The notes under the pieces: model-generated | Told to the model about the DNA's origin: nothing | The model's input: only the letters and a program-made list of their open reading frames with translations | Databases searched by the model: none | Shown here: one piece after another, positions 9,678 through 19,997 of the stretch | Layout of the letters: every line of letters starts with the position of its first letter | Position numbering within the stretch: the stretch's first letter is position 1 | Position numbers and translations under genes: made by a program | Source of the DNA: Patescibacteria group bacterium | GTDB taxonomy: Bacteria; Patescibacteriota; Minisyncoccia; Portnoybacterales; GWB1-42-6 | Length of the DNA: 64,000 bases | Assembly: GCA_022709865.1 (NCBI GenBank) | Contig: JAKLIA010000001.1 | Location: 210,740 to 274,739 of the forward strand | Direction: 5' to 3'

Positions 9678-10583
9678 ATGGAAAGACTGAGGCTTTTATT
9701 ATATAGGATATATAAAAAAATAATAAAAATATTTTCAGGCTACGGTTTGACTAATATTTTTTTGATAAGGTCAATCCATAATTTTATTAGCTTGCGCTTA
9801 AAATCTAGATTTGCCGTGATAAATGGCCATAAAATGTTTTTAGACAATAAAGATTCTTTATCTCTTTCGGTTGAAAAAGAATACGAGCCATTAGCCACGA
9901 GAATTGTTTCAAAAATAATAAAGCCCGGAGATGCAGTTTTGGATTTAGGGGCTAATATCGGCTACTATACGCTGCTTTTTGCTAAAATAGCTGGGATTAA
10001 CGGCAAGGTCTATGCTTTTGAGCCGGAGCCGGAGATATTCGGTATTTTAAAAAAGAATGTTGATGAGAACGGCTATAAAAATGTTATTTTGGAGCAAAAG
10101 GCTGTCTCCGATAAAAATACCATAGGGAAGCTTTATCTGCGTGCCGATAATCATGGCGATAATCGGATTTATGATTCGCGAGACGGAAGAGAGTTTGTTG
10201 ATATAGATTTAATTAAATTAGATGATTATTTTAGCGATAATAAAATAAAGATAGACTTTATTAAAATGGATATTCAAGGAGCGGAAATATTAGCTTTGTC
10301 TGGAATGATGAGGCTGTTAACGGAAAATGACCCCGTAATTATGATGGAGTTTTGGCCAATTGGCATAAAAAGAGCAGGCGGCGAGCCGAAAGAGTGCCTG
10401 AGCCTTCTGCGATCTTATGGATACGATTATTATTCTTTAAGCGAAGACGAGGCTGGCTTGAAAAAAATTACTGATGAGAAATTATTAAAGAATTATACCC
10501 CAGAAAATAAGAGGTATGCTAATTTGCTTTGCGTAAAAAATATTAATAAAAATAATATAATAGATGAGCTATTACTCAGATAA
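9678..10583 (+). CDS. FkbM-family SAM-dependent methyltransferase
   Basis: VLDLGANIGYYTLLFAK...KVYAFEPEPE...IDLIKMDIQGAE is the FkbM domain. I moved the start from the track's 9537 to the ATG at 9678, just after the upstream stop. Confidence 0.7.
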   Translation: MERLRLLLYRIYKKIIKIFSGYGLTNIFLIRSIHNFISLRLKSRFAVINGHKMFLDNKDSLSLSVEKEYEPLATRIVSKIIKPGDAVLDLGANIGYYTLLFAKIAGINGKVYAFEPEPEIFGILKKNVDENGYKNVILEQKAVSDKNTIGKLYLRADNHGDNRIYDSRDGREFVDIDLIKLDDYFSDNKIKIDFIKMDIQGAEILALSGMMRLLTENDPVIMMEFWPIGIKRAGGEPKECLSLLRSYGYDYYSLSEDEAGLKKITDEKLLKNYTPENKRYANLLCVKNINKNNIIDELLLR

Positions 10584-11205
10584 AAAATACAAAGAGAAAT
10601 CAAAGCAAAAAGACCTGTGGTTTGAAAGGCTTTATTTTGATCGATGGTTTAAGGATAATCAGGGGCCTATTTTGGATATAGGAAGCGCCACTGGCAATTT
10701 TATGGCTGTTAAGCCGGAAATCTTTGAGGGTATAGAAAAAGACAAGGACAGCGTTGAGATCGCCCGGAGAAGAGGTTTAAAAGTTTTTGAGATGGATATT
10801 GAAAAAGATATAAATACTTTACCGGCGGAAAAATACCAAGGGGTATATGCAAAACAGGTAATTGAGCATTTAAATGACCCGCTTAATTTTTTAAAAGAGA
10901 TAAAACGGATTTTAAAGCCGGGTGGCCGAGCAGTTATATATACTCCTAATTGCCCCTATATGCTTAATAAAAGCTTTTGGGACGATTATACGCATAAGCG
11001 GCCTTTTACCCGCCCTGCCTTAAAAAGGATTGCTTATGATGCTGGCTTTGAGAAGTTTTTTGTTTATGAAGATTTTCGTTGTTTCCCAAGGCTAGGGGGC
11101 TTAATGAGGCTATTGCATTTATCGCCAGCGGCAGTGGCGCGCTTTCAAAGGATATTTTTTATTAGAGGATTAAGCCTAATTTTGGTTTTGGAAAAAGAAC
11201 AATGA
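10564..11205 (+). CDS. Class I SAM-dependent methyltransferase
   Basis: ILDIGSATGNF (motif I) and ILKPGGRAVIYTPN (post-II) are consistent with the Methyltransf_11/23 fold. Confidence 0.65.
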   Translation: MSYYSDKKYKEKSKQKDLWFERLYFDRWFKDNQGPILDIGSATGNFMAVKPEIFEGIEKDKDSVEIARRRGLKVFEMDIEKDINTLPAEKYQGVYAKQVIEHLNDPLNFLKEIKRILKPGGRAVIYTPNCPYMLNKSFWDDYTHKRPFTRPALKRIAYDAGFEKFFVYEDFRCFPRLGGLMRLLHLSPAAVARFQRIFFIRGLSLILVLEKEQ

Positions 11206-12329
11206 AATTAATTTATTTGGCTAACATCAGGATCCCTACTCAGCGGGCGCATGGCTACGCTATTTTGAAAATGTGCGAACAGTTTGCTTCCCAAGGACAA
11301 CAAATAGAGCTGGTAGTGCCAAATAAAAAAAATAATATTGAAGCTGACCCTTTTGATTATTATAGCCTCGAGCATAATTTTAAAATTACACGTTTGCCAG
11401 CCGAGGATTTTTTAGGGAGGATATCTTTTGGTAAAAGGTTCTTTTTTTGGCTGGACCTGATGCTTTTTCATTTGGTCTTTAGGGCTAAAAGGTATTCGGA
11501 CTCTGGCGATAAAAATATTTATACCCGAGATTATTTTTTAGCTTGGCTCTTGCCAGCTAAAAAGTATTCTGTTTTTTTAGAATTGCATGATTTGCCCTCG
11601 TCTTCTTTTATTTTAAGGAGGGCGGCGAAAAAGGCAAAAAAAATCATTGTTATTTCGCGGGGTCTGCAAGATGACTTGATAAAAATAGGCGTGGAAAAAG
11701 AGAAGATCTTTATTGCTCCTGATGCGGTTGATTTGGAAAAGTTTGACATAAACATTAGCCAGGAGGAGGCGCGGCGCAGAATAGCCGCGCCAGCGGATAA
11801 AAAAATAATTGTTTATACCGGGCATTTATACGGCTGGAAGGGGGCGGATGTTTTAGCGGACGCAGCCAGCCATTTGAAAGAAGCTTTTATTATTTTTGTT
11901 GGCGGAGTAGGAAAAGAAGTTGAAGATTTTAAAGATAAATATAAAGGATGCTCTAATATAAGGCTGGATTCTTTTCAAAAAAGAGAGATGATGCCTTTTT
12001 ATTTAAAATCAGCCGACGTTCTTGTTTTGCCAAATAAAAAAGGAGAAAAAATTTCTGAAAAATATACCTCTCCTCTAAAGCTGTTTGAATATATGGCCTC
12101 CGGTGTGCCGATAGTCGCTTCTAGTTTGCCTTCGATTTGCGAAGTTTTAGACGAAAGCAATTCGATGCTGGTTGAGCCTAATGACCCGGAAAAATTAGCG
12201 GCAGGCATCAAGGCTATTTTGGAAAACCACGCCTTAGGCGAAAAATTAGCCCAAAAAGCCTTTCAGATAGTAGGAGAGTGCACTTGGTCAAAAAGAGCTT
12301 CTGGCATAATGGGTTTTATAAATAAATAA
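11202..12329 (+). CDS. Family 4 glycosyltransferase (GT-B, retaining)
   Basis: C-terminal Glycos_transf_1 signature (PSKLFEYMASGVPIVAS...E) plus the N-terminal GT4 domain. Confidence 0.8.
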   Translation: MKLIYLANIRIPTQRAHGYAILKMCEQFASQGQQIELVVPNKKNNIEADPFDYYSLEHNFKITRLPAEDFLGRISFGKRFFFWLDLMLFHLVFRAKRYSDSGDKNIYTRDYFLAWLLPAKKYSVFLELHDLPSSSFILRRAAKKAKKIIVISRGLQDDLIKIGVEKEKIFIAPDAVDLEKFDINISQEEARRRIAAPADKKIIVYTGHLYGWKGADVLADAASHLKEAFIIFVGGVGKEVEDFKDKYKGCSNIRLDSFQKREMMPFYLKSADVLVLPNKKGEKISEKYTSPLKLFEYMASGVPIVASSLPSICEVLDESNSMLVEPNDPEKLAAGIKAILENHALGEKLAQKAFQIVGECTWSKRASGIMGFINK

Positions 12330-12345
12330 TATTAGGAGCAGAAAA

Positions 12346-13143
12346 ATGAATAAGTTTTTAAAAAAAATAAACACTTTGCGCCACTTAGATTTTAAATGGG
12401 CGCTCCGCTATTATCGGAAGAAGATGCGGTTATGTTTTAGCTATTATTTTTCTCTTTTGAAAAATGTAAAATTTTTTGAAGCCGATATAGACGGGGTTAA
12501 AGTAAAATTATCGTTTAACCATTATTACCATCACCATAAGGCTTGGGCGATTTTTAAAGGCCGGCATGAAAAAGACGATCTGAAATTATGGAAAAATAAG
12601 TCAAAAGCCAAAAGGGTCGTTTTTGATATTGGGGGGTATAACGGCATTTACGGCTTGATCTCGGCCGTAGTGAATCCCCAGTCGGTAGTTTATATTTTTG
12701 AACCCGAACCGATAAATTGCGATTGCATAAAAAGAAACATAGAATTGAACGGGCTTAAAAATGTTTTTTTGGTTCAAGCGGCGATCTCCGATAAATCAAG
12801 TAAAGTTTTATTCGATGTGCACCAAGGCGGAACGGGCGGAAAAATATCCAGCGGGGGGCTAGAAATTGATTGCTGGAGTTTAGACGATTTTGCGCAGAAA
12901 AATCAGCCGCCCGATCTTATTAAATGCGATATAGAAGGAGCGGAATACTTGGCATTGCTGGGCGGTAAAAACATCCTGGCAGCAAATAAGCCGGAGATTT
13001 TATTGGAGGTCCATAAGAAGTTTTTAAAGCGATTTGGCCATACCGAAAATAATGTTTATGAATTGTTGGAAGAACTTGGTTATAAAAAAGAAAAAATAGA
13101 TGAAACCGAATCATCGGCCCATTATTGGGTGAGCAAGATATAA
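12346..13143 (+). CDS. FkbM-family methyltransferase
   Basis: VFDIGGYNGIYGL...IFEPEPINCD...LIKCDIEGAE matches the FkbM domain and is a paralog-type of the 9678 gene. Confidence 0.7.
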   Translation: MNKFLKKINTLRHLDFKWALRYYRKKMRLCFSYYFSLLKNVKFFEADIDGVKVKLSFNHYYHHHKAWAIFKGRHEKDDLKLWKNKSKAKRVVFDIGGYNGIYGLISAVVNPQSVVYIFEPEPINCDCIKRNIELNGLKNVFLVQAAISDKSSKVLFDVHQGGTGGKISSGGLEIDCWSLDDFAQKNQPPDLIKCDIEGAEYLALLGGKNILAANKPEILLEVHKKFLKRFGHTENNVYELLEELGYKKEKIDETESSAHYWVSKI

Positions 13144-13158
13144 TATAATGGAAACAAT

Positions 13159-13722
13159 ATGTTGGAATTTTTAAGGTTTCAAAAGGGGAGCAGTTATTAC
13201 GACAAGAATTATATAAACAAAGAAAAAGGGCGGCACTACAAAGAAGTGGGGTTTTTGCCGATGTGGGAGTTAATGAAAATACCTGACTGTAAGATTTTAG
13301 ATATTGGCTGTGGGGTAGGGCATTTGGCGCACTATTTAAAGGATAAAGGCTTTAAAAATTACACGGGAATAGATTTCTCCGGCGTGGCGATAGAAAGAGC
13401 CAAGCAAGAAGTTCCGGAGTTTTCTTTCTGCCAAATGGATATTTTTTCAAAAGAGTTCAAGGAGCTGCTAAAAAATGATTTCGACCTATATATTTGTTGC
13501 GAAGTTTTAGAGCATCTCAGGGGCGATAAAAAATTACTTCAACTCTTAAAGCCCAGACCCATCATTTTTACCGTGCCGATATTCCATCACGAAAGCCATG
13601 TTAGGTTTTTCTTGACCAAGGAAGATGTATATAAAAGATACGAAGACATAGTGGATATCAAGGAATACGCGTTTTATAAAAAATGGCATATAATTAAGGG
13701 GCAAATAAGGCAGAAAAATTAA
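13159..13722 (+). CDS. Class I SAM-dependent methyltransferase
   Basis: ILDIGCGVGHLAHYL (motif I) and LYICCEVLEHL. Confidence 0.65.
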   Translation: MLEFLRFQKGSSYYDKNYINKEKGRHYKEVGFLPMWELMKIPDCKILDIGCGVGHLAHYLKDKGFKNYTGIDFSGVAIERAKQEVPEFSFCQMDIFSKEFKELLKNDFDLYICCEVLEHLRGDKKLLQLLKPRPIIFTVPIFHHESHVRFFLTKEDVYKRYEDIVDIKEYAFYKKWHIIKGQIRQKN

Positions 13723-13733
13723 TTTTATAGCCA

Positions 13734-14579
13734 ATGGAAGATTTCATTTCTAAAATTAGATGGCAGTGCCCGAAGTGCGGAAACCCGCTGATAGACCCGC
13801 AAAAAAACGAGCAGTGCTCAAAGTGTGGCCAAAGCTTCAAAGTTCAAGATAATTGCCTTGATTTTTTATCCGAAAAAAGCCAGAGTTTTCCTGCGGATAA
13901 AAATAATCGATTAAAAGATTTTTTTAAGCGCTGGCCCGGTTTTTATTATTTTATGGTTTATGTTTTAGGCCCGGTTTTTATTGGGCTAAGCGCAAAGAGT
14001 TTCATTAAAAAATATTCGGATAAAGAAGTCGTCCTGAACTTAGGGTCAGGGCCAAGAATAATATCTTCTAGCGCTGTTAATTTGGATTTGTGCGGCTACT
14101 CGGGCGTAAAAATTGTGGCGGATATTTTGCACCTTCCGATAGCGGATAATAGCATAGGAGCCATCGTTTGCGATACCGTTGTTGAACATATAAGATCTCC
14201 AAAACAAATGGTTGACGAAATAAGGAGGGTTTTAATAAGCAGGGGAACGGCTTATTTCGCCTTTCCTTTTATGTATCCATTCCACGCTTCCCCGGATGAT
14301 TTTTATCGTTGGACAAAAGCCGGCTTTTTGGAGCTAGTGAAAGATTTTGAGGTTGTGGAGTTTGGCGTGCGCTCAGGGATCTTTTCTTCTTTGGCGATAA
14401 ATTGTTGCTACTTATTCTCGTCATTATTTTCTTTTGGTAGCCGGAGCTTATATTGGCTGTTAGTTAATCTTTTTATGCTCCTATTTTTTCCGATCAAGCT
14501 TTTAGATTTCTTGTTTTTTTGGCTGCCTTTCAACAGCGACGCGGCGGCTATTATGTATTGCGTTGTTAGAAAAAGATAA
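13734..14579 (+). CDS. Methyltransferase with an N-terminal Trm112-like zinc ribbon and a C-terminal transmembrane segment
   Basis: Two CxxC pairs (CPKCGNP...CSKCGQ), then VLNLGSGP...LHLPIADNSIGAIVCDTVVEHI (Methyltransf_11), then a hydrophobic C-terminus. Confidence 0.55.
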   Translation: MEDFISKIRWQCPKCGNPLIDPQKNEQCSKCGQSFKVQDNCLDFLSEKSQSFPADKNNRLKDFFKRWPGFYYFMVYVLGPVFIGLSAKSFIKKYSDKEVVLNLGSGPRIISSSAVNLDLCGYSGVKIVADILHLPIADNSIGAIVCDTVVEHIRSPKQMVDEIRRVLISRGTAYFAFPFMYPFHASPDDFYRWTKAGFLELVKDFEVVEFGVRSGIFSSLAINCCYLFSSLFSFGSRSLYWLLVNLFMLLFFPIKLLDFLFFWLPFNSDAAAIMYCVVRKR

Positions 14580-14588
14580 TTAATTCTG

Positions 14589-15323
14589 TTGATGATAAAT
14601 AATAATATGAAAAATCAGCCGGATTTGTCTGTCGTAATTCTGTGCTATTGCGCCGGTGATTCTGCCCGGTTGTTCGTTGATAACACTGTCAGGTCATTTA
14701 AAGAATCAGGCATAAACGACTATGAGTTAATTTTGGTGGGCAACTTTTTAGATGAATCCGATATTACTCCTAAGGTGGTGGCCGAAATTGCGTCGAAAAA
14801 TAACAATATTAAATATGTCGCCCAAAAAAAACAAGGAATGATGGGCTGGGATATGAAAAGCGGCCTGGCCTTGGCTGAAGGCAACTATATTGCCGTGATC
14901 GACGGTGATGGCCAGATGCCCATAGACGATCTGATCCGGGTCTATCAAAAGATCAAGGCTGAATTGTTGGACCTGGTTAAAACATACCGGGTGGAAAGAG
15001 GGGATTCGGTTTGGCGGAAAGTCATTTCTTTTTTTTATAATTTATTTTTTCATATTTTATTTCCGGGATTGAAAGCCCGGGATATCAATTCGAAGCCGAA
15101 AATATTTTCTAGCCAAGCGCTAAAAAAATTAGACTTAAGATCTGACGATTGGTTCATTGACGCTGAAATTATGATCCAGGCAAGGCGTTATAAATTAAAG
15201 ATCGGTGAATTGCCAACAGTCTTTCTCGGTTTGTCCGGCCGCCGTTCGTTCGTAAAAATTAAAGCGATCTTTGAGTTTGCTAAAAACCTGGTTATTTATC
15301 GGATAAAAGAGCTTGTAAAATAG
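14589..15323 (+). CDS. Family 2 glycosyltransferase (Dpm1-like)
   Basis: LSVVILCY...AVIDGDGQMP (DxD) GT-A fold, about 245 aa. Confidence 0.75.
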   Translation: MMINNNMKNQPDLSVVILCYCAGDSARLFVDNTVRSFKESGINDYELILVGNFLDESDITPKVVAEIASKNNNIKYVAQKKQGMMGWDMKSGLALAEGNYIAVIDGDGQMPIDDLIRVYQKIKAELLDLVKTYRVERGDSVWRKVISFFYNLFFHILFPGLKARDINSKPKIFSSQALKKLDLRSDDWFIDAEIMIQARRYKLKIGELPTVFLGLSGRRSFVKIKAIFEFAKNLVIYRIKELVK

Positions 15324-15324
15324 T

Positions 15325-16200
15325 ATGAAAATATTTATTACCGGTGCTGCTGGCTCAATTGGGCAGATGCTGGTTAAAAAATTAAAGACATCGGGCCACG
15401 AGATCTTTTTATTTGATAATAATATCAAAGAGCAGGAAGGGCTGCCTTGTTTTAAGGGAGATTTAAGCGATGAGTCGGGCCTAACACTTAGGCTGCGAGG
15501 CATGGATGCGATTATCCATTTAGCTGGAGTGACCCATACCAATAAGCAAAGCCTTTATTACCGAGTTAATGTTGACGGGACGAAAAATCTGTTAAAGGCG
15601 GCGCAGATAAATGGGATTGGGCGGTTTATTTACATAAGTTCTCGGGCGGCTGTGGAAAATGGGGGTGCTTATTCTCATTCAAAATATTTGGCAGAAGCGG
15701 CTGTTAGGGAGTCGGGGCTAAATTGGCTGATACTACAGCCTGCCGAAGTATATGGCGCAGGTAAAGGGGCGATAGAGCAATTGGTGGGAATAATTAAGAA
15801 TTGCCGATTTGTGCCGATTATAGGCAACGGCAAATATTTGTTAAGCCCGGTTTGGGTTGATGATATCGTGGCGGCTATTTTGGCTTCTTTGAATAATAAT
15901 AGTTTAAGCCGGCAAACATATGTTTTGGCCGGGCCGGAAGAGCTAAGCTATAATCGCATCGTGGATATAATTACTGATGTTTTGCGGGTAAAAAGAATTA
16001 GGGTGCATATTCCGTTAGTTTTTATAAAGTTTGCGGCTTGGCTATTTTTTTTAATGAATAAAAATTATTTTGTCAGGGACCAGATTCCCCGTCTTTTGTG
16101 TAAAAAATCATCTGATATTAGCTTGGCGCGCCAGGACCTAAGTTTTGACCCGATGCCATTTGCCGTAGGGATAAAAAAGCTGATAGAAAAGCAAGCATAA
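15325..16200 (+). CDS. NAD-dependent epimerase/dehydratase (SDR family)
   Basis: MKIFITGAAGSIGQ Rossmann motif and the YxxxK region (YSHSKYLAE). Confidence 0.75.
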   Translation: MKIFITGAAGSIGQMLVKKLKTSGHEIFLFDNNIKEQEGLPCFKGDLSDESGLTLRLRGMDAIIHLAGVTHTNKQSLYYRVNVDGTKNLLKAAQINGIGRFIYISSRAAVENGGAYSHSKYLAEAAVRESGLNWLILQPAEVYGAGKGAIEQLVGIIKNCRFVPIIGNGKYLLSPVWVDDIVAAILASLNNNSLSRQTYVLAGPEELSYNRIVDIITDVLRVKRIRVHIPLVFIKFAAWLFFLMNKNYFVRDQIPRLLCKKSSDISLARQDLSFDPMPFAVGIKKLIEKQA

Positions 16201-16213
16201 TTTTTTTAATTTT

Positions 16214-16750
16214 ATGGCTAGAAATACGGATACTATTGATTATAAGGAGGACTATTACCGGGGTTTTTCCAAAATCTATTTTAACCGGATATTAGAAAAA
16301 ATTATTGAATTCGGCGATCTAAGGAACGAACCAGGATCGATCTTGGATTTTGGCTGCGGAGTGGGGCATTTAAAGGAAAAATTAGCCAGCAGAAAAGTTG
16401 TTGGCTACGATATTATTCCGGAGTTATCCGATGTATCTGATTGGCGTGACCTAACTCCTAATCAAATAGTCATGTCTGGAGTGCTGGAGCATCTTTATGG
16501 CCAAGAAATTGAAGTATTGATAGATGAATTAAAATCTAAAAATCCTCGGGCGAACCTGTTGGTCTATTTGCCAACGGAAAATTGGATTTCTAAAATAGCG
16601 ATGCGCTTAGCCGGGCAAAAAAATGCCCATGATGACCATGTCTCAAAATACCAAGAAGTTAATCGGATAATCGAAAAAAGCTATAATTTGGATAAAAGAT
16701 GCTATCTTTTTTTGGGTATGGCGCAAATAACTAGATACGTTCCCCGTTAA
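16214..16750 (+). CDS. Class I SAM-dependent methyltransferase
   Basis: ILDFGCGVGHL motif I. The protein is short, 178 aa. Confidence 0.55.
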   Translation: MARNTDTIDYKEDYYRGFSKIYFNRILEKIIEFGDLRNEPGSILDFGCGVGHLKEKLASRKVVGYDIIPELSDVSDWRDLTPNQIVMSGVLEHLYGQEIEVLIDELKSKNPRANLLVYLPTENWISKIAMRLAGQKNAHDDHVSKYQEVNRIIEKSYNLDKRCYLFLGMAQITRYVPR

Positions 16751-16777
16751 GGATAATAATTAATATCAAATAAAAAT

Positions 16778-18616
16778 ATGTTAGTTTGGGAAAAAGCGAA
16801 GCAATATTTTAAGAGCCATTATTTAGCAATTATTTTTGCTATTTTAGTCGGCTTTATTTATATTGCGCCGAACTTATTTTTTATTATTTCATTGGGAGCT
16901 GGATACCAGGGGATTCCAATGATGCAGACGGCTAATGAAGATTTTTATTTGGCTAGGATCCAAGAAATTATAGACGGCCATCCATTGGTCGGCTCGGCTG
17001 CTTTTTGGGAATATAAGGACCAGCCGCCCATGTCGCCTTCCGGCGGAGAATTCTTTTATGCCTTGCCAAGCAAGCTTTTTGGCATTTCTCCTGTTAATAT
17101 TCTAGTTATCAGCCGTTTTTTCTTTCCGGCTGTTTTATTTTTATTGATATATCATTTGATCAGGCGCTTGACCGGCAACCATAATTTTTTAACAAAAATT
17201 AACGCTATCGCCGGCGGATTATTCGCTCTTTTGGGGTATGACTTGATTGACTATAAAACCATTTGGAACTTTTTTGCTGGAGGGGCGGTTTTGCCGGGGA
17301 ACTTTTTGCTTTGGTCCCGGCCGGTGAATCCCATTATAGGTGGTTTATTATTGTTTTCTTTTTTGCTTTGCCTGGTAGCGATAATTCAAAGAAGTAAATA
17401 TATTAAAACATCAATAGCCGGCGCTGCGGTTTGCCTGGCCTTGATGTTCGAGAATTATTTTTTTAGCTGGGGAATTGCTTTATCTGTTTGGTTTGTCCTT
17501 TTGGCAATTTATTTTATTAAAAAAGAGTTTCAATTAACAAAAAGACTAGCCATAGCTGTCTTTGGCGGATTCATTCTATCGGCTCCATATTGGTATATGT
17601 CTTGGCAGGCGAGCCATAACGCAATGTATCAAGAGGTGGTATTGCGTAGCGGGCTTTTTTTAACCCATTATCCGTTATTAAATAAATTAATGCTGGCAGT
17701 TCTGGTAGTCTATGTATTTTTTGTCGGCTTGCCTATTGTTGGGCGGTTGCGGCTTGTCGGCGGCTGGAAAGAATCCCTAGTCTTGGGGCTGAAAAAAATT
17801 GCGGATTGGCAATGGATCTGTTTAGCTTTTATTATTGGTTCCCTGGTAAGCTATAGCCAGCAGATTATAACCGGCAGGACTATTTGGCCGTACCACTTTG
17901 TGCAATACACTATTCCTCTGGCTATTGTTGTTCTGATGGTTCTGTTCTGCAATGTGATCGGAGCAAGCTGGCCCAAGATTTGGCGGTTAGGGATGTTTGT
18001 TTTGGTCGGCGTCTTTTTAATTTGGGGCAGCTTCAATCAAATAAATGTTTACGGCCGCTATTACGATTATTATAAAGGCATGCAATCGTATCAGCCGGCC
18101 TTTGATTGGTTGAACAAACAAGAAAAGGATTGCGTAGTTTTAGTCGGCAACGATTTTAAAAGCGGCTATCCTCTTTTTGGGCTGATTCCTGCGTTTACCC
18201 ATTGCAATGTCTATGATTCGTCTTCCGTCGCCTTGCTTATGCCGCAAGAACGCATTTACCATAATTATTTGACCCATTTGCGGCTTCAGGGGGTTAATGG
18301 AGAATCCATAGAGGAATATTTAAAAAATGATAATGGAGAATATCGCGGCTACTTGTTTTCTAATTGGAAGGGCTTATTTAAAGGAGTAAAAGATTTCCCG
18401 GATTTTACAGACCGTTTATTGGAAGAAAGGCTAAAAAATGTTCCAGAAGATTATCGCCGGTTTTTTTCTAAGGATTTTCGAAGCGAACTAAATAAATATC
18501 GGTTGGATTATATCCTTAGTGTCGCTCCAATTAATGAAAAAGTAGGGGAGCAATTGGCCGGAATAAAAATGGTATATAGCTCAAATAATATTTATATTTA
18601 CGATTTTAATAATTAG
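16778..18616 (+). CDS. Large polytopic membrane protein, possibly a GT-C-like glycosyltransferase or polymerase
   Basis: 612 aa, at least 12 predicted transmembrane helices. An acidic motif in the first loop (EDFYLARIQEI) and a C-terminal soluble domain of about 170 aa. No confident family assignment. Confidence 0.35.
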   Translation: MLVWEKAKQYFKSHYLAIIFAILVGFIYIAPNLFFIISLGAGYQGIPMMQTANEDFYLARIQEIIDGHPLVGSAAFWEYKDQPPMSPSGGEFFYALPSKLFGISPVNILVISRFFFPAVLFLLIYHLIRRLTGNHNFLTKINAIAGGLFALLGYDLIDYKTIWNFFAGGAVLPGNFLLWSRPVNPIIGGLLLFSFLLCLVAIIQRSKYIKTSIAGAAVCLALMFENYFFSWGIALSVWFVLLAIYFIKKEFQLTKRLAIAVFGGFILSAPYWYMSWQASHNAMYQEVVLRSGLFLTHYPLLNKLMLAVLVVYVFFVGLPIVGRLRLVGGWKESLVLGLKKIADWQWICLAFIIGSLVSYSQQIITGRTIWPYHFVQYTIPLAIVVLMVLFCNVIGASWPKIWRLGMFVLVGVFLIWGSFNQINVYGRYYDYYKGMQSYQPAFDWLNKQEKDCVVLVGNDFKSGYPLFGLIPAFTHCNVYDSSSVALLMPQERIYHNYLTHLRLQGVNGESIEEYLKNDNGEYRGYLFSNWKGLFKGVKDFPDFTDRLLEERLKNVPEDYRRFFSKDFRSELNKYRLDYILSVAPINEKVGEQLAGIKMVYSSNNIYIYDFNN

Positions 18617-18663
18617 CTTAAATAAAGCTAAAAAAGAGCTTTTGGGCTTTATTTTGATACCTA

Positions 18664-18692
18664 TTGACACCTTTTGACACTAGGATTATATT
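18664..18692 (+). promoter_or_regulatory. Sigma70-like promoter, TTGACA-17nt-TATATT
   Basis: TTGACA at 18664-18669, a 17-nt spacer, TATATT at 18687-18692. It is in the only sizeable intergenic gap inside the glycan locus and follows an AAAGCT/AGCTTT hairpin at about 18622-18640. Confidence 0.4.
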
Positions 18693-18743
18693 GGAGATAG
18701 TGAGTTTATATAGGGGTTTTTATGGCTAGGCGCATTAAATAAC

Positions 18744-19961
18744 GTGATAGTTAAAACAGCGATTATGAGTGAAATCCCATTAAAAGTCTTATGTTTAGGC
18801 TTTTGGTCTCCGCCGCTTATCCGGCCTCGCGCTATTTTGTTGGGCAAGATTATCCCTGAATGGCTTAATCAAGGAATAAAACCGGTTGTGGTTACTTATG
18901 ATAATGGCGGCCAATGGAATGTTGAAGCGCCTGTTTATAGAATCTCTCAATTTGGGCAAAGAGGAAAATTAAAGCAGAACTTTTTTATCAGAAGCGTAAG
19001 CAAATATTTTTATTATCGCCGGTTAACAAAAGAAATAGCAATCTTGATCGAAAAGCATAAAATAAATCTTATTTTTTCTTTTGCCAATCCCCAGGAAAGC
19101 AACATTTTGGGCGCTATGCTGAAAAGAAAAACCGGGATAAAGTTTATATCGCATTTTAGCGACCCCTGGTACGATAATCCTTATAAAATATTTAAGGGGT
19201 TTAATGCCCGAAAGGTTTTAAAACTAGAAAGATTTATTATAAAAAATAGCAGCCGGGTAATTTTTACCAATCGCCAGGCCAAAGAGCTGGTTATGAAAAA
19301 ATACCCCTTAGGCTGGGGTAGCAAGGCGTTAGTTGTTTCTCATTGTTATGACCCTAAAGATTATCCATTAAAAGAAAACTTGGCCGAAGAGCCGGGGAAA
19401 GAATATCTTTTTAGTTATGTGGGCGCGTTTTATAAGGAGAGAAATCCGGAAATATTATTTAAGATTTTTAGCCGCTTGAAGCAAAATAAAAATATCAGAA
19501 AGTTTAAGTTTAGGCTGATAGGCGGCGTTAATGAATATGCTGGATACAGCGAGAGTGAATTAAAAAAGAAAATAAAGGAATATGGCTTGGAAGAAATAGT
19601 AGAAATTATCCCGACCGTGAGCCATAGGGAAAGCTTGCGCTATATGGTCGAGTCAGATTGCCTGATAACCATTGATGCTAATTTTTCAAATAGCCCATTC
19701 CTTCCTTCAAAAGTTATCGATTATGTCGGCAGCAAGAAACCGATATTGGGAATTACGCCAAAGGGCAGCCCCACGGAAGAGCTTTTAGAGAGTGTCGGCT
19801 ATAAGAACTTTACCTATGGCCAAGAAGAGCAATTAGAAAAATATCTTACAGAGTTGCTTGAGGGAAAAATAAAAAACAACAACAGCGTTTTATTAAATAA
19901 GTTTTCTGTTCAAGCGATAACGGCCAAATTAAAAAATATATTCCTTGAAACAATAAATTAA
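18744..19961 (+). CDS. Putative glycosyltransferase (GT-B, GT4-like C-terminal domain)
   Basis: The C-terminal region (PSKVIDYVGSKKPILGI...EEL) resembles the Glycos_transf_1 donor-binding domain. The N-terminus is weakly conserved, and the true start may be the internal Met (MSEIPLK). Confidence 0.35.
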   Translation: MIVKTAIMSEIPLKVLCLGFWSPPLIRPRAILLGKIIPEWLNQGIKPVVVTYDNGGQWNVEAPVYRISQFGQRGKLKQNFFIRSVSKYFYYRRLTKEIAILIEKHKINLIFSFANPQESNILGAMLKRKTGIKFISHFSDPWYDNPYKIFKGFNARKVLKLERFIIKNSSRVIFTNRQAKELVMKKYPLGWGSKALVVSHCYDPKDYPLKENLAEEPGKEYLFSYVGAFYKERNPEILFKIFSRLKQNKNIRKFKFRLIGGVNEYAGYSESELKKKIKEYGLEEIVEIIPTVSHRESLRYMVESDCLITIDANFSNSPFLPSKVIDYVGSKKPILGITPKGSPTEELLESVGYKNFTYGQEEQLEKYLTELLEGKIKNNNSVLLNKFSVQAITAKLKNIFLETIN

Positions 19962-19997
19962 CGGCAAATTATTATTTAAGATTTAATTGTATAAAAA